64,000 nt of DNA from Eledone cirrhosa (lineage: Eukaryota): contig OZ024743.1 of the NCBI GenBank assembly GCA_964016885.1, positions 107,632,001 to 107,696,000 on the forward strand, in the 5' to 3' direction. A program made the translations under genes and the position numbers. The notes below the pieces were generated by a model. It had not been told where the DNA came from and ran no database searches. It saw only the letters and a program-made list of their open reading frames with translations. Positions 11,895 to 25,236 of the stretch are shown piece after piece. The stretch's first letter is position 1; every line of letters begins with the position of its first letter.

Positions 11895-12045
11895 ATAAGT
11901 TCCCGACTTCTATCGGGGTGGGGTAGACACAGTGAAAAAGGTATTCAAAACGTTAGTAGCGTGGCATCTTTATTACACAGCGAAATGAATTTTACAGGAT
12001 TTCAACTGTTTCATTCCTAGGAAATCATCATAGACTTGTAGAAGT
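11895..12045 (-). mobile_element. Family D mini element (hammerhead-like)
   Basis: Minus strand: aTGATGA-TTTC-ctag-GAAT-GAAA-CAG-ttgaaatc-CTG-TA. Flanked by TA tracts. Confidence 0.65.
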
Positions 12046-12231
12046 TATATATATATATGCTCGGATCTATTCATTGGAATATTGAGCTTATTCTACGGTG
12101 GATATGGCGCATGTCTTGGACATGACTCCCTTAATTTGGTTTAATTACATTATGTTAATTTTGGATATATAAATATATATATATATATATGACTCCCTTA
12201 ATTTGGTTTAATTAAATTATGTTAATTTTGG

Positions 12232-12295
<64 letters not shown>

Positions 12296-12297
<2 letters not shown>

Positions 12298-12703
12298 GAT
12301 AATTTGTAAAGTGTGTAATCACACACAGCTAGGTAGGTAACTAATTAAATTTTAACTAGAGCTTCAAATATTACCTTTTAAAAACTGATTAATCCTCCTT
12401 GTATATATTTCATTAAAGAAATATATTTCACCATTAATCCGTAAAGTCAAAGTATTCAAATCTTGGATCTTCAGCAAGGGGGGAAGATTTAACTAACTGT
12501 GTTTACACATCAAATGCAAATATGCGAGTGACCCGTCCCACGTGTTGCAATTCTGAAACTACTAGCAACATGCTAGCGGATTAATCACTTTTTAAAAAGG
12601 TAATATTTGAAGCTCTAGTTAAACTTTCATTAGTTACCTACCTAGCTATGTGTGATTACACACTTTACAAATTATACCCTGTGATTGTTTCATGTGTTTA
12701 TTT

Positions 12704-12710
<7 letters not shown>
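12296..12710. mobile_element. Fold-back element in (TA)n
   Basis: ~100 bp inverted arms 12296-12396 / 12578-12680 (GGGATAATTTGTAAAGTGTGTAATCAC... / ...GTGATTACACACTTTACAAATTATACCC). TA tracts on both sides. Confidence 0.7.
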
Positions 12711-12799
<89 letters not shown>

Positions 12800-13843
12800 A
12801 ATCAATTTCTAGTTGAAATATATATACCAAGGATGGGCTCATCCTGGTGGCTGGAACAGATAAATGTGTAAAAGAGTATATACCATTTATGTTATGTTAG
12901 GTTGTTTACTAATGGTTATAATTGGTGTTTCCGGTTAGTAAACGATGATGCATTAAATCAACGTTATGCGAATCATGCAACGTAAATGGATTTAAGTAAA
13001 CCGGATTTAAGTATTCATTAAAACAAGTTTGGACTGGAATATTTCGATGGCCTAGCTTTATCATCCGATCATGATGCAAGACTTAGGCGATTTCATCAGG
13101 TGTTAATTGCAGAATTATTTCCATAAGACAACATGATTACGGCGAACACAAACGGAGGAGAGAAAATAAATATTAGAGGACCGATTTCGTTCTGCCAGCC
13201 AATTCAGTCTTGCAACAAAGGCAAACCATCCTTATTCATCTGATGTGATGTCGAAGTATATTCGGCACCCGGTCATTGTGATTCTATACTGGGCTGATCG
13301 ATATTGAAACGATTGTAATATGCGAATACAGTTTATATAAAGTATATTGGAACGTTGACTTCGATCTTGCTGATAGAGAGTGAAAGAGAGAGACAGTCAT
13401 AGAGTGAGAGAGGGGGTGAGAGAGAGAGAAAGAGAGAGAGTGAGGCGGTAAGGCAAAGTACGAATAGAAGAGATAATAAAGTACAAATTACGTTATTCTC
13501 GCATAAAAATATATATCGGGGTCATAATATTATGTTGTCATCACATTAATTTTAAAGTGTTCACGTGTTTATTCGCGTGTGTGTAAGTGATATATTTGAG
13601 TGGTGTGTGTGACTATACACAAGTGTACATATATTCTTTATTATGATCGACAGTACATACGGTTCCTGTAATTCTGTAGAAGTTTACGTCTGACATTAAA
13701 GAGAGATCACTTTGGAAAAGTCAATGCTCTCTCATCTGTATATATTTAACAAAGTGTGTATATTTGTATTCCTGTATACTCGCATGTAAATCTATGTCTG
13801 CATGTGTTTTTTTCTAAATACACCCACCGACACACAAAGATGT

Positions 13844-13933
<90 letters not shown>

Positions 13934-14571
13934 TTAAAAAGTATATACACATAAATCTGTCTGTTTACTTAGACACAAACAGTCACACACATGCAGGCAT
14001 ATATATATATATATTTCAGTAAAAGATAAATATATACTTTAATACGAAACAACATATGGATAATATATTTCTACATAATTATGAACATGTGTTTCAACCA
14101 TCAGAGTTAATCAACGAATCCTCTGTTGTAAGACATGTTTCTAATTACCTAAGCATTCTGACTTGACCGACTTGAGGAGATGTATGTGGAGTGATCGTAT
14201 GCCATGACAGCAATACATATTCTGTTTCTGACACTGTAAGTTTGCTGGCTTTTGGCAATTTCGTCGTAAATACGGACAAGGCGAAGGTCAATTCAGTGAC
14301 TTTGACCGGAGTTCTACTCTCTATTTATTATACTAAAGCATGTGTATCTGTCAGGTAAAAAAATATTTCACGCTCTTTTGTAAATAGAATGTTTAGAGTG
14401 TTTGTGCGAAAGTGATCGAGAAAAGTAGAATGTTGGTAGTGTTTATGGCAGACGCAGCAAGAATGAATGTTTTAAAATGTATTTTTTTTTATGGAAAGAG
14501 TATATGTGGCCAATTGATATTTAAAAGTGCAAGAGAATTATATTATTTGTATATATATACAAATACCTCGC

Positions 14572-14673
14572 GCAGAGGTTAACGTTGCCTTTCATCCTTA
14601 CGGGGTCGATAAAATAAAGTACCATTAATACAGTAAGTAATTGCTGGCCTTGTGCCAAAAGTAGAAACAATTA
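14572..14673 (+). mobile_element. 5'-truncated Meta-domain SINE
   Basis: GCCTTTCATCCTTACGGGGTCGATAAAATAAAGTACC...TAGAAACAATTATT. Confidence 0.85.
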
Positions 14674-14677
14674 TTTG

Positions 14678-14768
<91 letters not shown>

Positions 14769-14773
<5 letters not shown>

Positions 14774-14966
14774 ATAGAAGGAGATCTACAGGACTAGTAC
14801 TGTTTCATTCAGATGAAATCTTCAAGAAGCGCTTCCTGAAGATTTCATCTGAATGAAACAGTACTAGTCCTGTAGAAGCTCCTTCTATAAAATAAAAAAA
14901 TTTACTCTGCCATGTATTGAGTACCTTACTTACTGTGGTTATCCCCGACTCAACCCGGACCTACGT
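14769..14966 (+). mobile_element. Family D fold-back mini element (PLE pLTR-derived)
   Basis: Near-perfect palindrome 14769-14830 / 14831-14893 with no spacer, followed by AATAAA and a unique tail. Lies between two (TA)n tracts. Confidence 0.8.
14831..14879 (+). ncRNA. Type I hammerhead ribozyme motif, intact core
   Basis: Stem I GCTTC/GAAGC; core CTGAAGA; stem II TTC/GAA with loop ATCT; GAAA; stem III CAG/CTG with loop TACTAGTC (contains palindromic ACTAGT); predicted cleavage after GTA (14874). Confidence 0.8.
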
Positions 14967-15060
14967 ATATATATATATATATATATATATAATCAAGGTT
15001 TAGCAAATAAGAATAAGTTTCAAAATAAATTTTAAAAAATTAATTTACTTACTATGGTTA

Positions 15061-15144
15061 CCTTTACAGAATCGGTTTCGAGTCTCAAAAATAAACGGAC
15101 AGTCCATACGGCATCCATTGCAAGGATAAACTCTCGTCAGAAGG
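15061..15144 (-). ncRNA. Type I hammerhead ribozyme motif with long stem-II insert
   Basis: Minus strand: CCTT-CTGACGA-GAGTT...~45 nt...GACTC-GAAA-C-cgattct-GTA-AAGG. Lies in a ~350 bp island (14992-15345) between (TA)n tracts. Confidence 0.7.
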
Positions 15145-15340
15145 ATCTTTTCACTCGGAGAATATAGAATTCCCGAGTTCAAATTACGAACTGGCGCTAT
15201 TCAAAATTGTTCCCGAGATGATAATTTGATTATATATGTTTTGGCTCGTTAATTTATTAACCTGCCATTGAACCACATTGGCATATGGTTGGACAATACA
15301 TGTGTCCCTAAGCGCCTTGTGCGTGTAGGTACATATACTT

Positions 15341-15473
<133 letters not shown>

Positions 15474-15492
15474 CTGTATATATATATATATA

Positions 15493-15841
15493 TAACACCT
15501 GCAACCCTGATGGTATCCAATGATGTTGACTTGTTCTTCTTTTTGGTAAATAGCATCTTGGTTAAGAGAGTGGGACTGGCTTTGTGCAGTGCCTTTGCTC
15601 ACTATAAAAGCTTCACGGCACAGGCATTGCTTTATATCTGGAGATCTCTCTGCACTTGTCGTCACATGGTACCAAAGGCAAAGCACTATGTGTCAATAAT
15701 TGTCACAAGTGTAGTGTTTGTACCAGAGTTTTCAAGTCGCTGGCTGGACTAAAAAGTCACACTCGTTCAGCGCATCGGTAGGGGTTCTCCTACATGGATA
15801 TAAAGTAGTGGCCGTACTCGAAGACGAGTTGGCAGCCACCA
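15493..15841. repeat. Unclassified ~350 bp TA-flanked interspersed element (family F), copy 1
   Basis: Highly similar inverted copy at 57731-58071. Terminal hairpin GTGGC-CG-T-ACTCG-aaga-CGAGT-TGG-CA-GCCAC. Confidence 0.8.
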
Positions 15842-15862
15842 TATATATATATCTACTGTATA

Positions 15863-15934
<72 letters not shown>

Positions 15935-15971
15935 GTATATATATATATGTATTGTATACATATATATATAC

Positions 15972-16044
<73 letters not shown>

Positions 16045-16183
16045 CATTATATATATACATATATATACATATATATATATACATATATATATACATATAT
16101 ATATATATACATTATATATATACATATATATACATATATATATATATATATACATATATATATAAACATATATATATATATAA

Positions 16184-16220
<37 letters not shown>

Positions 16221-16226
16221 TATATA

Positions 16227-16264
<38 letters not shown>

Positions 16265-16321
16265 CATATAAATATATATAAATATATATATATATATACA
16301 TATATATATAAACATATATAA

Positions 16322-16352
<31 letters not shown>

Positions 16353-16369
16353 CATATAAATATATATAA

Positions 16370-16400
<31 letters not shown>

Positions 16401-16453
16401 CATTTATATATACATACATATACATACATATATATATATACATATACATACAT

Positions 16454-16534
<81 letters not shown>

Positions 16535-16540
16535 GATATA

Positions 16541-16572
<32 letters not shown>

Positions 16573-16655
16573 CATATATAAATATATATATATATATATA
16601 TACATATATATACATATATATATATATACATATATATATATACATATATATACAT

Positions 16656-16686
<31 letters not shown>

Positions 16687-16691
16687 TATAC

Positions 16692-16722
<31 letters not shown>

Positions 16723-16793
16723 CATATATATGTATATATACATATATATACATATATATATACGTACATATATACATATATATATACATATAC

Positions 16794-16840
<47 letters not shown>

Positions 16841-16841
16841 C

Positions 16842-16886
<45 letters not shown>

Positions 16887-16903
16887 AATATATACATATA
16901 TAT

Positions 16904-16936
<33 letters not shown>

Positions 16937-16939
16937 TAC

Positions 16940-16996
<57 letters not shown>

Positions 16997-17119
16997 CATA
17001 TATATATACATATATATATATATACATATATATACATATATATATACATATATATACAGATATATATATATACACATATATACATATATATAAATATATA
17101 TACACATATATACATATAC

Positions 17120-17150
<31 letters not shown>

Positions 17151-17293
17151 TACATATACATATATATATATATACACACATATATACATATACATACATG
17201 TATACACATATATACATATACATATATATATACATATACACATATATATATATATATATATACATATACACACACATATATATATATACATAT

Positions 17294-17363
<70 letters not shown>

Positions 17364-17489
17364 ATATACATACATATACATATATATATATATATAAACA
17401 TACATACATATACGTATATATACATATATACATATACGTATATATACATATATACATATACGTATATATACATATATACATATATATAC

Positions 17490-17522
<33 letters not shown>

Positions 17523-17523
17523 C

Positions 17524-17572
<49 letters not shown>

Positions 17573-17875
17573 TATATACATATACATATATACTTATACG
17601 TATATACACATATATGTATATATACATATACATATACATATATATACTTATATATATACATATATATATACATATATACATATACATATATAAATACATA
17701 TACATATATATATACATATACATATATATATACATATATACATATAAATAAATATATATACATATATATATATATAAATATGTATATACATATGTATATA
17801 CATATATATATACATATATATTTACATATATATATACATATAGATATATATTTATACATATACGTATATATACCT

Positions 17876-17923
<48 letters not shown>

Positions 17924-17974
17924 GTATATACATATACATATATACATATATATATACATATATATATGCATATG

Positions 17975-18020
<46 letters not shown>

Positions 18021-18027
18021 TATATAC

Positions 18028-18073
<46 letters not shown>

Positions 18074-18110
18074 ATATACATATATATATATACATATATA
18101 TATATACATA
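15841..18110. repeat. ~2.3 kb compound (TA)n/(TACA)n microsatellite array
   Basis: Continuous TA tract punctuated by CA. Source of the 440-740 aa YIYI pseudo-ORFs. Confidence 0.97.
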
Positions 18111-18224
18111 AATAAAACGAGCAAATCAGACAAAGTTGGAATTCCTCTTATTAATATAATCTTCTATACTCAATCATACACACCCGTGTATATTTACCTA
18201 TATACATATATATATATACATATA

Positions 18225-18315
<91 letters not shown>

Positions 18316-18519
18316 AGATCAAAAGATGGTTAAAGGAGTTCCATGTATTTTATTATGCGCATTTCAAAAACAAACATCATCAAGCAATAATATTTGTGTT
18401 TTCATCAGATAAAACAGGAGAACATGATATGAAGGCTAAAAAACACTTGTGGATAGTGCAGTTTTAAATCAACATATGAAAAGTGGTTTTAGATTGATGT
18501 GTGATATATATATATATAA

Positions 18520-18705
18520 TGTTTGGATTGGCACTATCGGTAGAGGATCTGATGCCATGCTTTACTGCAAAAAGTTACGGCGTTTTATGGTCTAAGTTCA
18601 AATCCTGCCGAGTTTAACTTTGCCTTTCATAATTACGGGGTCGATAAAATAAAGCACAGGTAATAAGCTGGGATAATTGCAGGCATTTTGCCAAGAGTAG
18701 AACAA
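18520..18705 (+). mobile_element. Meta-domain SINE (diverged)
   Basis: GGATTGGCACTATCGGTAGAGG head, AAGTTCAAATCC B box, conserved body. Confidence 0.8.
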
Positions 18706-18852
18706 TTTTTTGTATATATATATATTATAAGAAAAGATCATTTAAAATGTCGTATCTAAACTACTATAATAAAGTAAGAAGGGCACGACTGCGTACGGTT
18801 TATAATTGTTTATCCCCTTAGTAAAATAATTTGGATTACCTTGAATAAATAT

Positions 18853-19040
18853 TTGTTTCTACGTTAGGCACAAGGCCAGCAATTACCCAGTGCATTACTG
18901 GTACTTTATTTTATCGACCCCGTAAGGATGAAAGGCAAAGTTAACCTTGGCGGGATTTGAACTCAGAATGGCAATGGCCGTAACTCTATACGTCAAAGCA
19001 TGGCGTCCGACCCTCTACCGATACTGCCAATTCACCGCCC
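18853..19040 (-). mobile_element. Meta-domain SINE, full length, with TSD
   Basis: Complete head, body and tail. Flanking direct repeat TTGAATAAATA. Confidence 0.9.
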
Positions 19041-19769
19041 TTTGAATAAATAATAAACGAATATTACATCCACTAAATTTAGTGGCTGTTTATTAAATAT
19101 ATATTATTATTACTTATTTAAAGATTCACTTCTTTAAAATTTTCAAATGTTAACACTTCCGGTTAGTGATCGTTTAAATAAATATTCATATATTTCTGTC
19201 ACCAATTTTCTCCTAATGCAGTTTATATATAATATCGTCTTTTTTTAATGTGTCATGGATTACGTTACTGATTACATAAGGCAGTGTAACACAGTTTTCG
19301 TTCAATTTCTGTGTATATTGTCAATTACGATTTTATTTGATGTATCATATCTACATGCACATATACTTGCGTTCAATATCAATATACACACTACACATGC
19401 TAGCAGAAAACCACTCGTCGGGTGGTTTTTCTGCTACTTAGATTAATTAAAGTGTAGAATTTCCCAAGTATGAAATAAATATGTGAATTTCCCTTAAGTA
19501 TGTGGGGACATATTTAAGCCTCTGTGGTTATATTAAACTTAGCAGCCATACTTTATTTCCGTATATCACCATCAATGGTGTTGATATTGGTGTTGGTCTT
19601 GTTGTTTTTGTTTGTGTTGGAAGTCGGGATTCCCTTGTTGCTTTTGTTGTGTGGGCAACTTCTAAACCAAGGTCATCCATTCCATCTATTTCTTTATTGG
19701 CCACTAAGGCCGAAATTTAAGCAAAATTCAGAAACAGTGACAGCGGGTATTTACATAGTATGTGTAGAA

Positions 19770-20620
19770 AGGAGAGCAGGTAAAAATTAACAAATTGATA
19801 ACAATCTTCCCCAATAGTGCGCTTACATCCCAGGGGTAAACTAGGAACCCCAAAGATCCTAACCCACTCTACACCCCAAGAGCATCCTAGGTGGAAGCAA
19901 CTCTACACTGTCTAGCCTACAAGCGCATGGCCCATTCACTCGTATCTTCCTCGCTATATTCACTCACCTTTTAAAGAAATGCACCGCTCGGTAGCACTTC
20001 TCTCTCTACTCATAAATTTCTTAACAAGCTGGACTTGAAAAAGTAGGCAACGTCTTGGCAGAAGAGGAAAGTGTCTATCTTCCATCCTTTCAGCTTCCTC
20101 TACTACATCACCTGTTTTCCACAGCAATGGGACAGAGAAAGACGGCCTAACCTTCCCAGCCATAAGAAAGTAGCGGGGCAGTCATCACAATAATGTCGAC
20201 CAGTAGACGAATAGGTCCTACACGTAACAATTGCTGTTCGACAAAAACTTCACAATTCACCATTATTCGATCAATTGGTGTCAGCGTGCACAACGAATTT
20301 GCCGTTCTGCACAAATCTCGGAAAAATCTCTTTGACTGCATACCCGGGACTTTAGATTTTGTCTCGAACTGGCTGTTCTCATAGGTAGGACTGCGAGACC
20401 AGGGATCTGGAAACTTACGATAGTCCCTGCCTTAAAATTTCTCCGGGACTGACAGGGTAATTCGTACTCGTCGACGCTTTGACCCTCCCCCCAGAGCACC
20501 GTCACTATTGCACACCACTAGTCCGCTTTAGACCGCTCATGTGGAATTTCAACTGATCTCATTGCTCGATTTTTAGAGAGGAAATTCCATGTCGTTCAAC
20601 CGCGTCGTCGGAATCTGGTC
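19770..20620 (-). mobile_element. Tx1/L1-clade LINE 3' fragment (diverged subfamily)
   Basis: Minus strand encodes a broken FFKxQLxKK..VEREVLP...VNIAR C-terminus homologous to the 29765-29986 ORF2 end. Confidence 0.7.
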
Positions 20621-21265
20621 GGAGGATAGGTGAAGCAGCTCGGAGTTTGGTTCTGATTGGTCCTCCAGGTGGAAAAGAACTGGGACAACAAGACGAACAG
20701 GGTCGTCACTCTCACCCAGAAATGGGTCGAAAGAAAGCTATCCCTGAAAGATAGATCACGTCCATCGGGCCTTGCCTCCGTTTGCAGCTCAGCAGATTAG
20801 AACGTCTGCTCTTCAGCATTTAGTGAAAGGGACAGGTTCGATTGGAGAGAAAGTCCATCTGCTGCCAGCACCCTGGGCGTGTCGTGGCTGGTGATGCTGC
20901 TGGATTATCATGTATTCTTAAACAGTGAACAGTTGTAGTCGCTTTTGTGAGACATACCTTTCCGCAGCTCATGACTTTGACTTTGAATAAAAGGTGAGGG
21001 TGGGGAGAGAAGTGCATTTGCTAAAGGTTGGGTGAATGTGGCGAGAATGGTCTACACTGATCACACACCTGTAAGCTGGGGGAAAAGGGTGCCGGGAGCT
21101 CTCGAATCTTTTGATGGTACCTGAGTCGCTCCTGTGTGGTGCTCCTCCCTATTGGGGATTTATTTTGTTATAATTTTTTTAATTTTTTGGTTTATCTTCG
21201 AATTTTACTCAATGTTTTTTGTAAAACCGCCCACTGTCCCCTCCGATTGTATTGTTCCCATTATC
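20620..21265 (+). mobile_element. Internally deleted Tx1 3' copy
   Basis: LGVWF*..LQVEKNWD...QKWVERKLSLK, RLERLLF..ICCQHP and GWVNVARM, followed by a 3' UTR matching the reverse complement of 29530-29750. Ends at (ATT)/(AGT)n. Confidence 0.75.
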
Positions 21266-21288
21266 ATCATCCTTATTATTATTACTAT

Positions 21289-21334
<46 letters not shown>

Positions 21335-21369
21335 TGTTGTTGTTGTTGCTGTTGTAGTTGTAAGATACT

Positions 21370-21800
21370 GTGAAACAAAAGAAACTCTGTCTAACACCTG
21401 CTTTGGAAGATGACACTGCGACAATATTAAGGAACTTTAGCACAGAGACAGTAAAACGAGATAGCGCATAATTATCCTGACATCATTCTTCACGACAAAA
21501 ATGATAATAGCATAGTAATTATCGGCATAGCTATTTTTAATTACTATAATGTTGTAAGGAAACGAGCTAAAAAGCTAACAAATTACATTGACCTAGCTTC
21601 TGAACTAAAAACATCATGGCATCTAAAAAATGTGGCGTCTATAATTCTATTCCTAATCGGCACAACTGTTGTGATACATAGCCATATCTGTAAAAAACAT
21701 TGACAAAATTCAAACAATCTACTCATAGACATGTTCCAGGAAATTACAATACTAGGTTCTGTGATCCTCATTAGAGCATTCCCACAACATTTCTAAACCA
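21370..21800 (+). mobile_element. Decayed R4/Dong-type LINE 3' fragment (restriction-like endonuclease)
   Basis: Translates to EIAHNYPDIILHDK...KKLTNYIDLASELKTSWHLKNV..IGTT...ILGSV, paralleling the 28928 RLE domain. Preceded by trinucleotide repeats. Confidence 0.65.
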
Positions 21801-22370
21801 TGAATGCAGTGTTTATCATCCTATTCTTACTATACTCAACTACTGTGATCCACAACCATTTTCGTAATATAGACAAATTACTAGTAATCTAACGATGGAA
21901 CGTGTTCGAGAAAATAGCAATACTAGGATCGGTAAACATTCTTAGAAATATCTCAAGTATTTCTTAACCCTGAAGATGTTTGCTATCATTAAACGTATTT
22001 GTTAATGTGAAACTTTTCTTTATTCTAGAGCATCCTTATTAACCTAGAATACCGCTATGAAGATTTCTGTTTCAACTCCGAATATCTCTGCATGTATTCC
22101 CATAAAAATCATAATTAACTCTCAAAACATCTCTACATGTTTTCTCTTAAATAACACCGTAAGCCCTGAATATCTATGTACGTGTTTTTCGATGAACGTA
22201 GGTGACATTTATAAACCTGTTCCTTTAACCTGAAGATTATCGTTAATCTTGAATATAATTGTTACTCCTAATCCCTACATTGCATGGTGACCAGCATACA
22301 CTTAATTTGTGTTACAGAAAGGAATATATATATATATATTGATCTCTAAGGTGAATAATAATAATAATAA

Positions 22371-22872
22371 TTTCTTTTTTAGACACACAGGGCTCATATT
22401 AAGGAAACATTAAAGACGGCACAAAACAATAGAGGGATTTGTTTTGTATAACATACAATTTATAACAGAGATTAAATTAGAGAAAAAAACATAAAAAGTC
22501 CCCCAATGTTAAGGTGACACCAAGGGCTACTCATGGAGAAAGCCCACATAGTCACGGTCACCTTGACAGTTAGAGAAACGGCATCTCCCAGTTGACCTCC
22601 TTTAATAGTACAAGCACACGATTAGGCCAGGCACATTCACACAGGCCATTATTGCCTCTCACCCACCTTTCAACAATCTGGCTGGAAAGCAGCACTTCCC
22701 TGTCCACCCTGATTTTCCTTTTTAGGTGATACCTGAAAACGTTAATGAGAGCATCGTTGAAGAGGAAAGTTCCCGTTTCAGACGCTTCCACCACACGTCT
22801 TCTTTCACCATGGCCACCAAGCAGATAACAACCGCCTGTCCTTCATGGTTAAAGGAGGGCGGCGAGGCAAGG
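22371..22872 (-). mobile_element. Tx1 3' fragment (third subfamily) abutting (AAT)n
   Basis: ORF 22570-22794 LINVFRYHLKRKIRVDREVL...ERWV is homologous to the Tx1 ORF2 C-terminus. (AAT)n at 22354-22371. Confidence 0.75.
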
Positions 22873-24155
22873 TCTCTCTCTCACTCACATAACTCTTTCT
22901 TTCTGGACTGTTAAGCTTTTTCCTCCCCGATATCACTGACTACTGTGTATGTTATTGTTATTTTTACTTGACATTACAACCCTTCTTTAATCAGCATCTA
23001 TGTTGATCAAACACGTCCCTACCCATTCACCCAAACATATTAATCACGCGACTCTGCTAGACCAATGAAATGCCATGAATGATAGTTCCAGTCTCTCCGT
23101 GTGACCAACGAAATAATACGACACCCAGAATCAGGGAGGGGGCTAAAAAATCGACTAAAACCGTCACCCATCCAAAAGTACCGTCCTCGTGCCTAAATTA
23201 GGTAGCTCTATGGATAATGCTTTTTTTGTATTACATTATACCTCTTTGGGTTGAATGTCGAAGAGATACCTTTCCTCTTTCATCCTTCCGAGATCTATAA
23301 AATAATATAGCCGAGATAAGTGTTTGAAAGGTTTAATCGACTTACCAATTTCCTGATTCTTAGATTGTTTTCTACTTTTGCCACACAAACAGAAATTTAG
23401 GGGGAAACGGAGAGGTGGTTATATTGACAAGTACTTTATCATATCAACCACGGGAATATGAAAGCCGATGTTAGTTTCAGCAGAAATTTAAACTCAGTAA
23501 GTAAAGAGTTGAGAGAAATACCGTGAAGCATATCAGACGCTCTCACGAATCTGCCAACCTAACACCCTTGTGGATAAATTCATTCTAAAATTGCCAGCAG
23601 GAATTTGAAGGAAAGGGGAGGTAATCATCATCATCATCATCAGCCACATGGTCTTTGTAGTTCGTATGAGAGTCATCATTTAAGAAATCATATTGTCTAA
23701 TGTATCAGTGTACTGCTGACACGGGTGCGTTAATTCGTTACGTTTCTGTTTATTTGTATTTCTCAGATAACAAGATAAGACTATCAAGTACTATTCTGTG
23801 TATGTATGTATGTATGTATGTATGTATGTATGTATGTATGTATGTATGTATGGATGGATGGATGGATGTATGTATGTATGTATGTATGTATGTATGCATA
23901 TATGTATGTGTGAATGTATTTATGTATCTATGTATGTAACTATGTATATATGTATGTGTGTATATACGTATGTATGTATGTATGTATGTTTGTTTGTATG
24001 TATGTATATATGCTTGTATGTATGTATGTATCTAGTGCCCATGTCATGTATAGTGTGTTTGTATGTGTTTGTGTCCAGAAGCCTGTCTTTACTTAACTAT
24101 CTACTTTTCTACCAATCTATTTTTAAGGATTCAAATGTACATGCACATCCACACA

Positions 24156-24230
<75 letters not shown>

Positions 24231-24242
24231 ATATGATATATA

Positions 24243-24282
<40 letters not shown>

Positions 24283-24283
<1 letters not shown>

Positions 24284-24455
24284 CGAAGGAAGTGTGGTAA
24301 GGAACCAGATGGACCATAACGCACCAGAGTACTCAATACTTTGGATTAGTAGAGTGGGTAATAGGTAAATGTTTGACCCCGACGGCAGAGTTCAAGCCGT
24401 TTCGAAACGGCTTGAACTCTGCCGTAGGGGTCAAACGTTTTCCTATGAATAAATA
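24283..24455 (-). mobile_element. Family B mini element with local fold-back
   Basis: Reverse complement of the 3150/8040 family. Palindrome centred on GTTTCGAAAC (~24404). Confidence 0.75.
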
Positions 24456-24492
24456 AATCAAAACAAAGAGACATATGTAAACACACACACAT

Positions 24493-24555
<63 letters not shown>

Positions 24556-25096
24556 CGTGTGTGTGTATAATGTATACGTAATATATATAAATCCAACGTA
24601 TTAATATATTACCCCTAATAATCTTCAAGCGTCTTAATGGCACCTCGGAAGATATATATTTGTTGAGGTTACGTGTAGTTTTACTCTATAACTAGGTATA
24701 GTGTAATATTTCATATGTGGCATCGAAAAGGCCTTGTTCGGGATTTGCTTTCACCCCCATAAGAGGAAGGTGAATACTTTGTTACTCCCAGTGGAGGTAA
24801 TGCATTGCTTACGTATAATCATTACTCATCCATGCAATTAGAAGGGATTCTTGTTGCATCTGTTAGATGAATTAGGTAGTGGCTTATCCAAACACACACA
24901 CACACACACAGCCATACACGCGCGTACACATGCACATACATTTATATACATTTATGTTTACATATATTTATAAATAAATATGTGTGTTTATAGATATATT
25001 TTTTTATATATGCGTATATACATAAATATTTATATATATGTATATGCACACTCAGGCACACACACACACGAACACGCACACGCACACACACACTCA

Positions 25097-25134
<38 letters not shown>

Positions 25135-25142
25135 CACACACA

Positions 25143-25182
<40 letters not shown>

Positions 25183-25205
25183 TAGATATAGATATAGATA
25201 TACAC

Positions 25206-25236
<31 letters not shown>

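Noticed and set aside
15853-18081. Long ORFs (200-742 aa) of [16 protein letters not shown] type here and throughout the window
   Set aside because: They are translations of (TA)n, (CA)n, (CT)n and (TATG)n microsatellites that lack stop codons by construction.
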